A stretch of 63,480 bases of DNA, filler included, from an uncultured virus (IMG/VR IMGVR_UViG_2049941000_000426) (Duplodnaviria; Heunggongvirae; Uroviricota; Caudoviricetes). It is 6 parts of one record of this genome, joined end to end, with 100 filler letters (N's around TTAATTAATTAA, not from the genome) between each part and the next. Parts side by side here need not be neighbours in the genome. Positions count along the whole stretch, not along the records: positions 7,642 to 26,931 come from IMGVR_UViG_2049941000_000426; 5 more parts are not named here. One strand, given 5' to 3'. This document shows, one piece after another, positions 10,096 to 19,377 of the stretch (positions within the stretch are counted from its first letter, which is position 1; each line of letters opens with the position of its first letter). The notes beneath the pieces are model-generated. The model did not search any database. It had not been told where the DNA came from and worked only from the letters and a program-made list of their open reading frames with translations. A program made the translations under genes and the position numbers.

Positions 10096-10741
10096 TTGGA
10101 CGATTCCTCCTTTTCTTCCTTGACAATGAAACCGCACTTAGCCTGCTCTTCCTGCTGCTCAAGCCAGACACGGGCCTCCTCCTCGGACGGGAAATATTCG
10201 CTATGGATCACCGGGCGGGGCCCTTTCCGTCCGATTATCCAGCGTTTCAAGGCGTCTTCGAAATTGTCGCCTTTCACCCCTTCGGCGAGTTTCTCGACTT
10301 TCGGCGGGACGATCTCGTTCGTGGCCTTTCCGGGGCTCAAGGTCGTGACGGAACATCCTCTTGTCGCCAGATAGATGTCGTACACGGCCATCCTTCTTTC
10401 ATGGCGTTTGTCGACGGCGGACATGATCTTTGACACGACTTCGGCGGCCTCGTCGGCGATATCATCGAATGCTTCGTAGTAATCGTCCTTCCACCCGCCT
10501 TCAATGACCTGCCCGTTACCATGCTCGATCCAGTCCAGCGGGAACACCCCGAGGATGTCCTGCGGGTCGGAAAGGCCGCTCCCGATTTCCTGGAACATCC
10601 TTTCGAAGTCGACGGTCCCCTTGAACTGGTCGAGCGTGTTCATGTCGCGGTTGATCCTCAGATCCATCAGCCGGAACTTCCTTCCGTCGATCTCGATGAA
10701 AATGACCTTCTCCCAGCCGGACTGGCGGATGACCCCGTCGC
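10092..10741 (-). CDS. Hypothetical protein, C-terminal part; N-terminus appears as alleles at 10952..11224 (+)
   Basis: Overlapping DGVIRQSGWEKVIFIE sequence links the fragments. Confidence 0.6.
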
Positions 10742-11234
10742 NNNNNNNNNNTCCGAGATGATCCGCCTGTTCACGGCGTTTGACTCCAGGACGACAAACG
10801 GTATACTTGTCGGCGCCCATGACCGGATCGATATGGACGTAAGGTCCGACTTCCGCGAACAGTACACGGATGTGGTCGACGGGCTTCTCCAGGAGGCCCT
10901 GGAGAAGAGGCTGAAAGAGATCAGAAAGAAGCAAAAGGAGGAAAAGGAAAGATGAGCATCAAGAAAACCTTGTTCGAATCCCTTCTGGAAAGCCCCGTCC
11001 AGTACGACCCCGAACCGGTCCTTCCGGCCGGTTTCGAACCGCACTACATGACGTGCAGCGACGGGGTCATCCGCCAGTCCGGCTGGGAGAAGGTCATTTT
11101 CATCGAGNNNNNNNNNNGGTATGAACCCGAACCGGTCCTTCCGGCCGGTTTTGAACCGCACTACATGACGTGCGGCGACGGGGTCATCCGCCAGTCCGGC
11201 TGGGAGAAGGTCATTTTCATCGAGNNNNNNNNNN

Positions 11235-11963
11235 CCAAGAAACGGCTGAAATGGGCTCTCGGGATAGGCGGGGCGGCCGCGGCCTACGGATATGGAGAAT
11301 CGGCTTTCGAGGACTCCCTGAGGGGCACGCCTTTCAACTACAAGGGGTACAAGCCAAAAGGAAAGGGCGACTACAACATCGTCGTCGCCGGCGCCGGAAG
11401 CGGGGCGCATGACCCCTACTACAAGAAGAACTACGACAAGGTTTTTGGCGGTTCCAACTACGTCATGTTCAACCCCAAGGACGAGGAGGCCATGGTCGAC
11501 TTCGTGGACAGCCTGCCGAAAGGAAGCCGTGTCCGGATATACGGACACAGCCGGGGCGGAAAGCCCGCATGGGATCTTGCGGAGTACGCCGGGGCGACCG
11601 GGAAGACGGTGGACCAACTCAACACAGTCGACATTGTCGGCGAGCCATGGAACTCCTATGTGCCGAAGAACGTGAAGACGTGGAACAACTGGCTGCTGAA
11701 ACGCAGGCCCTTCATGAACAGCAGCAAGTTCGACATGGTGAAGGACCTTGTGACTGGCGGAAGCATCGACGGGGACACGGTGGCCCGGATAGGCGGAGTC
11801 ACCGGCGGATTGCCCGGAGCGGAAAACAAATTCATAACNNNNNNNNNNNNNNNNNNNNNNNNNNNNNNNNNNNNNNNNNNNNNNNNNNNNNNNNNTGAGC
11901 CACGGGGGCTCCATTTTCGGGGTCATCGGTGGTCTTGCCGAAAAGGGTAAGGAGGGTAAATGA
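11235..11963 (+). CDS. alpha/beta-hydrolase paralog 2 (5' truncated, internal gap)
   Basis: GHSRGG, VDIVG; after the gap SHGG...EGK* ends in an ATGA overlap with 11960. Confidence 0.75.
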
Positions 11964-12781
11964 GCATACTGGATAAAAGACTGGCCTACGCTCTCAAGCA
12001 GGCCCTCGAACCGGCGGACTACAAGGGCTGGTTCGATACGACTGCTTTTAGCAAGGAGCGTCCCATGAGCCCGGTCCAGGTATGGGATCCTTCTGTTCCC
12101 ATGAAGGAGGATACCCGTTATGACAATTGGTGGGAGTTCCCGAGAAAGCTTTTCCAGAGGGGCCCGGGAACGACATCCTATGAAACATCCCGGTACAAGC
12201 CAAACGGGGTAGGTGATTATATCATCGCGTTCGGCGGAGCGGGAAGCGGAGTGAAAGGATGGTCAAATGGGGATAACCTCGCCAAGCAGTACGGAGGGGA
12301 AGGTAATATCGCGAGGTTTTCATGGAATCAGATCCCGGAGGCTGTAAAATACGCGAAGTCCCTTCCAAAGGGGTCAAGACTTTTCGTGTGGGGTCACTCC
12401 ATGGGAGGCACGGCCGCCATGCGGTTCGCAAAGGAGCTGGAGAAGCTCGGGACAGGCATCGCCGGAATGGATCTTCGGGATCCCGTTAGAATAGACGGAA
12501 GAATCGCGGCTCTCCGGGACAAGATCCTGTCTGTTCTGCCCGGGAAGGAATATCCAAGGGCCACGCCTCCCGGGAATGTCACAGTCGGGTCGACCTATTA
12601 TAATGGCGGATGGGTTCATCATCCCTCCGACCTGATCGCGCTGGCCGGGCAGCAGTACAACGCGTTCAAGGAGGCCCCCAACTGGCTTAACCTTCGAATG
12701 AAGGGATGGAAGGACCATATCGACGCTAACCGGGACGACCTTACATCGAGATATGTCAGAAGCTCCGGCGCGACGAGGTGA
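11960..12781 (+). CDS. alpha/beta-hydrolase paralog 3
   Basis: AFGGAGSG, SLPKGSRLFVWGHSMGG, RDPV, KDH. Confidence 0.8.
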   Translation: MSILDKRLAYALKQALEPADYKGWFDTTAFSKERPMSPVQVWDPSVPMKEDTRYDNWWEFPRKLFQRGPGTTSYETSRYKPNGVGDYIIAFGGAGSGVKGWSNGDNLAKQYGGEGNIARFSWNQIPEAVKYAKSLPKGSRLFVWGHSMGGTAAMRFAKELEKLGTGIAGMDLRDPVRIDGRIAALRDKILSVLPGKEYPRATPPGNVTVGSTYYNGGWVHHPSDLIALAGQQYNAFKEAPNWLNLRMKGWKDHIDANRDDLTSRYVRSSGATR

Positions 12782-12818
12782 CCCCCGGGATTTCCTATTA
12801 TTAATAAGGTAAAGAAAA
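12782..12818 (+). promoter_or_regulatory. Putative phage late-type promoter motif
   Basis: CCCCCGGGATTTCCTATTATTAATAAGGTAAAGAAAA, matches 1579..1616(-). Confidence 0.55.
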
Positions 12819-12831
12819 AAGGACATCAAAA

Positions 12832-13491
12832 ATGACCTACGAAGACATCAGGAAGATCGCCCTGGAGAACAGGGCGAAGAAGCAGGCGAGTGACATCGAC
12901 GCCAAGATCAAGCGTTCATCCGAGCTGATGGACATGCTGGTGAAGAACATGCAGGCGAAGCAGGCCAACGAACAGCTTCCCCGACCGACGACGGCCTGCC
13001 AGCGTTCACTCCGCCGTCATCTCATGGCGCAGAAGGCCGCCAGCGATCCGAGAACCCCCTTGCAGAAGGTGAAGGACCTTCTCGACGCGAAGGTGGCATC
13101 CGATCCTGCTCTCCGTGCATTGAAGATCATCGGCGAGGCCCGTGCCGCGAAGGAGGCCGCCGAGGTGAAGCAGGAGCAGGCCCGCACTTTCAAGCTGGAG
13201 GAGGCCGTCCACAAGGAAGCCCCGTTCGAGAAGCCCCTTGAAGGGCAGGAGACCAAGGATGAAGGCCGTTCCGTCACGTTCAGCGACGGCCGCACGGTGA
13301 ACTTCCCGGCCGCTCATTCCACCCCGGTGAAAAGCGCCTCTGATCTTGTGAAGTCCATTCTTGCGAAGAAGAAGGCGCAGGAGAACGCCGCGCAACCGCC
13401 GTTGGCCCCCATGTATCCTGAAGGACCTGTACAAGGGGAAACGAATCGTCCTTCGGCATACGAAGCCCTGAAGAAACTTCTTCATAAATAA
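12832..13491 (+). CDS. K-x-A-repeat protein, putative virion/head internal protein
   Basis: KQASD, KAASD, KVASD, KSASD, KEAA, KEAP repeats. Confidence 0.6.
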   Translation: MTYEDIRKIALENRAKKQASDIDAKIKRSSELMDMLVKNMQAKQANEQLPRPTTACQRSLRRHLMAQKAASDPRTPLQKVKDLLDAKVASDPALRALKIIGEARAAKEAAEVKQEQARTFKLEEAVHKEAPFEKPLEGQETKDEGRSVTFSDGRTVNFPAAHSTPVKSASDLVKSILAKKKAQENAAQPPLAPMYPEGPVQGETNRPSAYEALKKLLHK

Positions 13492-13505
13492 AAGGAACAC
13501 GAACC

Positions 13506-14021
13506 ATGACCCCGAAAGAACAACTCGCTCTTTATACGGCCGCCTACAAGGAGGCCGGTGAACTTTCCACGAAGGAAGCCGCGTCCAATCCATGGCGCGA
13601 TTCCGTGAACGCCCAGAAGAACGCCCTGCGTTATGCCCGTACGACCGGAAAGCCCGCGGTTGTCGAACCGCCCGCCCCTGTTGTGAATGGCCCGAAAGGA
13701 CGTATCGGCGACGCCTATGCCCGTGATGTCGCCGCCATTGAGTCAAAGCGCCAGTTCATCCGTGATCGTATCGCCAAGGCTCGTGCCGCTGCTGAAGCGC
13801 ACGGTGTCGCCAAGAATACCCCGACGACCCCTCCAAGAGAACCGAAGCGCATCGTGAAACAGTCACCCGACACCGCGCAGCGCAACGCCGAGTGGCTTGC
13901 CCGTCGTCAGGCCCAGAAGGCCCAGCAGGCCGCTGCCGCCAAGCAGAACGCCCGTTACGCCGCGTTCGGTCTTGGCCCCGGTCGTGCGAATACCGCCAAC
14001 ACCCAGATTGCAGGTAAATGA
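13506..14021 (+). CDS. Ala/Arg-rich protein with YKEA leader
   Basis: MTPKEQLALYTAAYKEA..KEAA; basic C-terminal part. Confidence 0.7.
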   Translation: MTPKEQLALYTAAYKEAGELSTKEAASNPWRDSVNAQKNALRYARTTGKPAVVEPPAPVVNGPKGRIGDAYARDVAAIESKRQFIRDRIAKARAAAEAHGVAKNTPTTPPREPKRIVKQSPDTAQRNAEWLARRQAQKAQQAAAAKQNARYAAFGLGPGRANTANTQIAGK

Positions 14022-15154
14022 CCGTGACAAAGGAAGAAGCCCTTTCCTTATATAAGAAGGCCTACAAGGAGGCCGCGGACGGATACCCGATGGTGTCCGT
14101 CTCCCCTTTGTCCGAGAAGATGCCAAAGCCGATGACGGACGCATTCCAGCCGTCCCTTGTCTCTTATGAGGGGAACACGAGGCCGACGGATTCGTCCAAT
14201 CTTGCGAAAAGCTCGTTCTCCGCTTCAAGGAACACCTTCGGGCCGTTCGGTAAGTCCTATCACGGCGGAACGTCTTATCCCGGGACTTACTTCACGACTC
14301 TTAGACGCGACAGGATACGCGGGATGCTATACGGGAACGACGCCAAGGCGAAGGCGGACGAGGACTGGGCGGTCGCGAACCGGTGGCGTGTCCTGATGTC
14401 ACAGGCCAAGACGGAGGCCGACCGGAGGAACCTCGAGGCAAGAAGGGCCGCCGGCCAGATCCCGCCGATTCTCATGCGTAACGCCTATAAGGGGAACGAG
14501 GTCACTTTGGACGACCGTTCCTTCCAGCGCCCCGGCGAATATGTCCAGGGGACATTCATACCGGGTGGTCGGAGAAGCATGGCCCATCCATGGGAGAACC
14601 GCTTTGTCGTGGCGGCCCCGGAGGACTGGGACATGACCCGCCAGGGAAGGGAGGAACCGGCCCATCTCATCACCCCGACCATAGCCGACAAGCAGACGGT
14701 CATGGCGGCCGTTCCCGGCGGTGAGTCCGGATCGACGGCCTACAAGAACGGCCTTGTTGGATCCTATGAACTGGAACCGGCCGAGATGACACGGATGGCG
14801 CTTCTTGCGAAAGCGGCGGCCTCCCGCCTGGGGTACGGCTCCATCCGTTCGGTGAAGGACCTCGAGACGTTTCTCAGACAACCCGAGTGGAAGGCCTGGA
14901 ACGGAGCGACGGAGCCCGTGCCGAATAGACCGGATTACCCCTATGATTCCCGCTACCCCGGGCAACTGGACATGTCCACCCAGAGCAAGTCCCTTCTGAA
15001 TGTCATCGACACCTTGAGATGGCATCTGAAGAACGAGACGGACCCGAAGAAGCTGGATCTCTATAAGCAGGAGTACAGCCGGCTTCAGATGGCCTTGGAA
15101 GACGCCGTGAACATGGCGTACAACAATAGGAACAACGGAACCCTACAGGCATAA
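14018..15154 (+). CDS. Hypothetical protein with YKEA leader
   Basis: MTVTKEEALSLYKKAYKEAA; 378 aa; ATGA coupling. Confidence 0.75.
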   Translation: MTVTKEEALSLYKKAYKEAADGYPMVSVSPLSEKMPKPMTDAFQPSLVSYEGNTRPTDSSNLAKSSFSASRNTFGPFGKSYHGGTSYPGTYFTTLRRDRIRGMLYGNDAKAKADEDWAVANRWRVLMSQAKTEADRRNLEARRAAGQIPPILMRNAYKGNEVTLDDRSFQRPGEYVQGTFIPGGRRSMAHPWENRFVVAAPEDWDMTRQGREEPAHLITPTIADKQTVMAAVPGGESGSTAYKNGLVGSYELEPAEMTRMALLAKAAASRLGYGSIRSVKDLETFLRQPEWKAWNGATEPVPNRPDYPYDSRYPGQLDMSTQSKSLLNVIDTLRWHLKNETDPKKLDLYKQEYSRLQMALEDAVNMAYNNRNNGTLQA

Positions 15155-15167
15155 AGGAGATTAGAAG

Positions 15168-15266
15168 ATGACACCCCAGGAACAGTTCAGACTCTACAAG
15201 GAGGCCTACAAGAAGAGTTCACCGGTACAGCAGCCGCCACCGAAGCAGCAACCGGCGAAGAAGTAA
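15168..15266 (+). CDS. 32-aa micro-protein consisting essentially of the YKEA leader (not in ORF track)
   Basis: AAGGAG RBS; MTPQEQFRLYKEAYKKSSPVQQPPPKQQPAKK*. Confidence 0.65.
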   Translation: MTPQEQFRLYKEAYKKSSPVQQPPPKQQPAKK

Positions 15267-15276
15267 AAGCATTTAT

Positions 15277-15318
15277 AGTAAGCGTTACAAGATCTTGTAA
15301 CGCTTACTTCTTTTTTTA
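15277..15318 (+). terminator. Perfect 32-bp palindrome with U-tract; intrinsic terminator
   Basis: AGTAAGCGTTACAAGA|TCTTGTAACGCTTACT then TCTTTTTTTT. Confidence 0.65.
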
Positions 15319-15321
15319 GCC

Positions 15322-15594
15322 ATGACACCGCAAGAGACCTTTAAGACATATACGGAAGCCTACAAGGAGGCCCGTGACTTCCAGACGGAGTACACGGCGC
15401 ATTCCATGAAGCCCTTTGTCGGCCCGAGGGAGTTCCTGTCCTTCTGGAAAAGCTTTCTAAAGCCGGCTCCGTCGGTGGGCTATGCCGACCCCGTCCCATT
15501 CGGGACAAAGCTGAAGGCTTTCTTCAGCAGGAATCCGACCGCTGTCATCAACGGAACGCCTGTTCAACCCAGTAGGACGTACGCGAAGAGATGA
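15322..15594 (+). CDS. Small protein with YKEA leader
   Basis: MTPQETFKTYTEAYKEA. Confidence 0.7.
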   Translation: MTPQETFKTYTEAYKEARDFQTEYTAHSMKPFVGPREFLSFWKSFLKPAPSVGYADPVPFGTKLKAFFSRNPTAVINGTPVQPSRTYAKR

Positions 15595-16523
15595 CACAGA
15601 GCGCCAAAGGCATAAAGGACCGTTCGAACTACGGGGACCTTCAGTCCCTGCGGACGGATATTCCCATAACGCTTGTAAGGCAGCTCCCGGAGGATAACAA
15701 AATGGAAGAGATTTGGAAAGGAATTAAAGACTATGAAGACGCTTATGAAGTCAGTAATTTAGGCAATGTTCGCAGGGCTGACACTAAGCAACCGATAAAG
15801 CCTGTTGTCTCCGGTAATGAGCGTTACCCAGTAGTCGGTTTATGGAGGAATAACAAGCACAAGGTCATACGTGTGCATAGGATCGTTGCAGAGACCTTCA
15901 TTCCAAATCCGGAAAATAAACCTTGCATCGATCATATAGACACTAATCCTTGGAATAACTGCGTGAGTAACCTTAGATGGTGCACGCATAAGGAAAATTC
16001 TTGCAACCCTCTTTCTATTGAACATAACAGGGAGGGGCAAAGAAGATATAATCAGAAACCGGGAGTAAAGGAGAAGAGAAGTATCCAGGCAAAAGAGATA
16101 TGGGAGAAACACCGAGAGGTATTTAATCGTGTTACGGACAAATTAGTTGCCTGGACTAAGAGTGAAGACGGAAGAAGAAAAATTTCTGAAGCACAAAAGG
16201 AATATTATAAAAATCCTGAAAATATAGAAAAAAATCGTCAAGCTCAGCTTAAATACGTCCGGGAGCATCCAGAAGAAATAGCTCTTAGATCGAAGGAACG
16301 AGCCGAACGAATGAAAGACCCTAAAATGAGAGAGAAAATCTTTTTAGGTTCTTTACATAGAGCTAAATCTGTGAAGTGCTTGGAGACAGGAGAGGTTTTT
16401 TTAAGTGGAAGACAAGCGGATAGAGCTTTTGGGTTATGGGACGGATCTGCAAATTGCTCGGCTACTAGAGGTATCGGAGCGGATAAGGGCAGGCTTCATT
16501 TTGTGTTTGTTGACAAAGCATGA
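15591..16523 (+). CDS. NUMOD4-HNH homing endonuclease fused behind a captured ligase N-terminus
   Basis: EIWKGIKDYEDAYEVSNLGNVR (NUMOD4), VHRIVAETF, IDHIDTNPWNNCVSNLRWCTHKEN (HNH), NUMOD1-like C-terminus; AT-rich; internal GGAGG-ATG at 15702. Confidence 0.9.
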   Translation: MTQSAKGIKDRSNYGDLQSLRTDIPITLVRQLPEDNKMEEIWKGIKDYEDAYEVSNLGNVRRADTKQPIKPVVSGNERYPVVGLWRNNKHKVIRVHRIVAETFIPNPENKPCIDHIDTNPWNNCVSNLRWCTHKENSCNPLSIEHNREGQRRYNQKPGVKEKRSIQAKEIWEKHREVFNRVTDKLVAWTKSEDGRRKISEAQKEYYKNPENIEKNRQAQLKYVREHPEEIALRSKERAERMKDPKMREKIFLGSLHRAKSVKCLETGEVFLSGRQADRAFGLWDGSANCSATRGIGADKGRLHFVFVDKA

Positions 16524-16924
16524 AAGTTATCGGAATACCAGATAAGAAAAACTATGGGGACTTACGCTCCCTTAGAACCGACATTCCAATTACCCTTGTC
16601 AGACAGGAACATAACAGTCATGTAGCAGGCCGGCACACCGATCTTCGCATGGGAACCACCGGCGGCATGTTCAGCTGGGCGCTTCCGAAGGACCTTCCAC
16701 AAGCTCCTGGAGAGAAGAAGCTCGCCATCCCGCAGCCCCTTCATGACTGGTCCTACAACGACTTCGAGGGAGTGATAGGGAAAGGCTACGGGAAAGGAAC
16801 GGTGAAACGGCTCGAGAAGAGCGACGTCATCATCCTTGAGAATTCTCCGACGCGTCTCACTTTTACCCGTGGCGACATGCGGAACCCGCCGGTCTACACG
16901 ATGTTCCCGACGAAGAACGGTAAC
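16520..16924 (+). CDS. LigD-type 3'-phosphoesterase (PE) domain; N-terminal part of a probable PE-ligase
   Basis: QEH..H.DLR..SWALPK..KKLA...H..Y..FEG.I..GYG.GTV; cut by a 10-N spacer. Confidence 0.85.
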
Positions 16925-16935
16925 NNNNNNNNNNA

Positions 16936-17308
16936 GGTCCTGCCTCTCCTTCTCCAGGATCTCGAAGATCTCGCTCCGGGACAGCTCCCGGATGAGACGT
17001 ATCCTGGAACAGGCGTATTTCCTGAAACGGTAGACCGGGTCGAACTTGTAGGCCCGGGTGCCTCCCGGCTCGATGACGAACACTCTCGTCCCAGAGCTCT
17101 CCGGGTAGTAGAAGTACACGCCGTAGAGCCGGTTGCAGTAGTGGAACCCATGCTGGCAAACCACTACCCTGTTGTCCGGGAAGGATATCGTGGGCGTGAG
17201 ATTGTAGATCTCGCCGATCTTGTATCTGAAACCCTTGTCCTCTTTCCCGGGGTAGAACACATGCGAACGCATGTTCCAGTTCAACGCCTTATAATACGTC
17301 ACCGCCAT
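16936..17308 (-). CDS. YKA...C..GFHYC-domain protein, partial
   Basis: YYKAL..FRYKIGEIY..VVCQHGFHYC..TRVFVIEP..KYACSRIRLIREL. Confidence 0.7.
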
Positions 17309-17644
17309 TTTTCCTTTATCTCCTCTGTCACTCTGTCTTTAAGCAGTTCGCGGAACGTCTTGTACCGTTCCCTGATCCATGACTCCTTGACGTCGGGGTG
17401 GTATCCCTGCCCGAAGTAGGACTTGAACTTCCGCCAGTCCTCTACGGTCCCCCACATGGAGTCCAGAATCCCCATATACGAAGAATACGTCACGTACCCC
17501 GACCGCGTTCTCAGCTCCTCTTCCAGAAAACTCAAAATCTCCGAAGGGGTCAGCTCGTTGTCGATATGGATCCCGTTCGTGCAAAATTTGCTCCCATCGT
17601 CCGACACGCGGACTTCCCCATATGCCGATACGATACAGACACGG
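17299..17644 (-). CDS. C-terminal part of the 35599-type C..GFHFC protein
   Basis: RVCIVSAYGEVRVSDDGSKFCTNGIHIDNELT; overlaps allele fragment 17951..18125. Confidence 0.55.
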
Positions 17645-18544
17645 NNNNNNNNNNNNNNNNNNNNNNNNNNNNNNNNNNNNNNNNNNNNNNNNNNNNNNNN
17701 NNNNNNNNNNCCAGGACGGAAACCTCCGCCTTGCCCTCAATGATGCCGAGGATATTCGTCAGCCTGCTGAAAACATCCTTGAAGGACTTGTCCTTCCTGA
17801 TACGGATCGCGATGGCCTCTCGGCCGTCGTCATTCATGAAAGACTCGGTCAGTTCGGCAAGATCCGCCCCGTACGTCCGTGAATACTCCTCGTTCCATAA
17901 CTCCATCGGCCAGTCGTCGGCATACCAGCCGGTGTCTGGCNNNNNNNNNNTCATCGTCCGACACGCGGACTTCCCCATATGCCGATACGATACAGACACG
18001 GGTCGTGAACGCCGCATGATACCATTGGAAGACACTTGACAGACAAGGGCAGAAATGAAATCCGGAACAGCAGACAACGGCCTTGGCTTCCCAGTAGTCT
18101 TTCCCGACCTCATAGAAATACACGGNNNNNNNNNNTTCCAGAGCTCCATCGGCCAGTCGTCGGCATACCAGCCGGTATCTGGTAGCTTTCCGGCCAGCCA
18201 GGATTTCCCGGAGGAAGGGATGAACGGGAAGCCGATGTTGAACTTCTTCGAGAACTCCAACGGCTTCGACATGCACGCATCATCCGGGTTGAACGCGAAA
18301 GGATTGTCCTCATCCATGGTCTTCCGCCCCACGTCTGTCAGGATGCGTATCATCATGGAATTGGTTCCGTCATGATGGGAACCCGCGACATAAAGGTCCC
18401 CGTTCTCGTCCTCGGACACCGTCACGTCCTGGCAGTCCTTCAGGAAATCCAGGATGCCTTTCTTGATGTCCTTCGGGCAATGAACGAAATCACGCCTTCC
18501 GTCCCACCGGCCGATCCCGCCGATCATCACAAGGNNNNNNNNNN

Positions 18545-19377
18545 GGTCCATGCCGATCGAGAAGATCATGGACGTCATGGACGAGAAGGCCTATGCGACA
18601 CCCAAGCTGGACGGCGCGGGGGCCCTTGCGACAATAGGGAAGCACGGAGTCCGTGTATTCGGGATAAGACCCGACAAGGAAGGCAATCCCATCGAGTACA
18701 CCGACCACATCGGCGGTCTAAGAGGGATCCAGACCCCGAAGGATCTGGTTGGAACCACTCTCAGAGGAGAGGTCGTGGCTGAAAGGAACGGGAAGGTCCT
18801 TCCCCCGCAAGAATTGTCCGGCTTCCTGAACAGTATCCTTGTGAAGGCGGCCGCCAAGAGAATACATGACGGCACCTACCTTCGTATGGCTCCCACGGCG
18901 ATTGTCGGACCGAACGGAGATGACTACGACCGGAGGAAGGTATCCGAGATCGTGGCCAGATTGGCGTTGCCTCAGTTCATGGACATCCCGAAGTACGACC
19001 GTGACGCCGCCATGAAGGCCATCGAGGCGATGAGGAAGGGGAAGCATCCCCTGACCAACGAGGGGCTTGTCATCCAGAGGGAAGGGCAGCGGCCGATCAA
19101 GATGAAGCTTACTGATGATTCAGATGTCGTGGTGAGGAACATCTTCCCGGCCATGACGAAGGACGGCTCAAGAAGGGCGGGTGGATTTGAATACTCTTTG
19201 CCGGGAAGTAACAGCATCGTAGGACGGGTCGGGACGGGATTCGACCATAGGCTCCTGCAGGACATGCTGGATAATCCCAATAACTATTTGGGTCGTACCG
19301 CGAGGATACGGCATTTCGGGCAATACGACAGCGGGGCCTACCGGGCGCCCGCGTTCATCTCAATGAAGGAAGACTGA
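18545..19377 (+). CDS. ATP-dependent DNA ligase (adenylation + OB domains), 5' truncated
   Basis: PKLDG (motif I), LRGEV (III), EGLVI (IV), IKMK (V), GRVGTGF OB-fold. Confidence 0.85.

Noticed and set aside
11009..11224. Tandem near-identical segments suggesting DGR TR/VR pairs or real repeats (also 36845-37110, 24081-24200)
   Set aside because: Copies are separated by N spacers, differences are not adenine-specific, and no reverse transcriptase is seen; these are strain alleles
15591..16523. Group I intron or intein hosting the HNH gene
   Set aside because: No intein termini and no non-coding room for intron core helices; the downstream gene has its own start and a duplicated N-terminus instead
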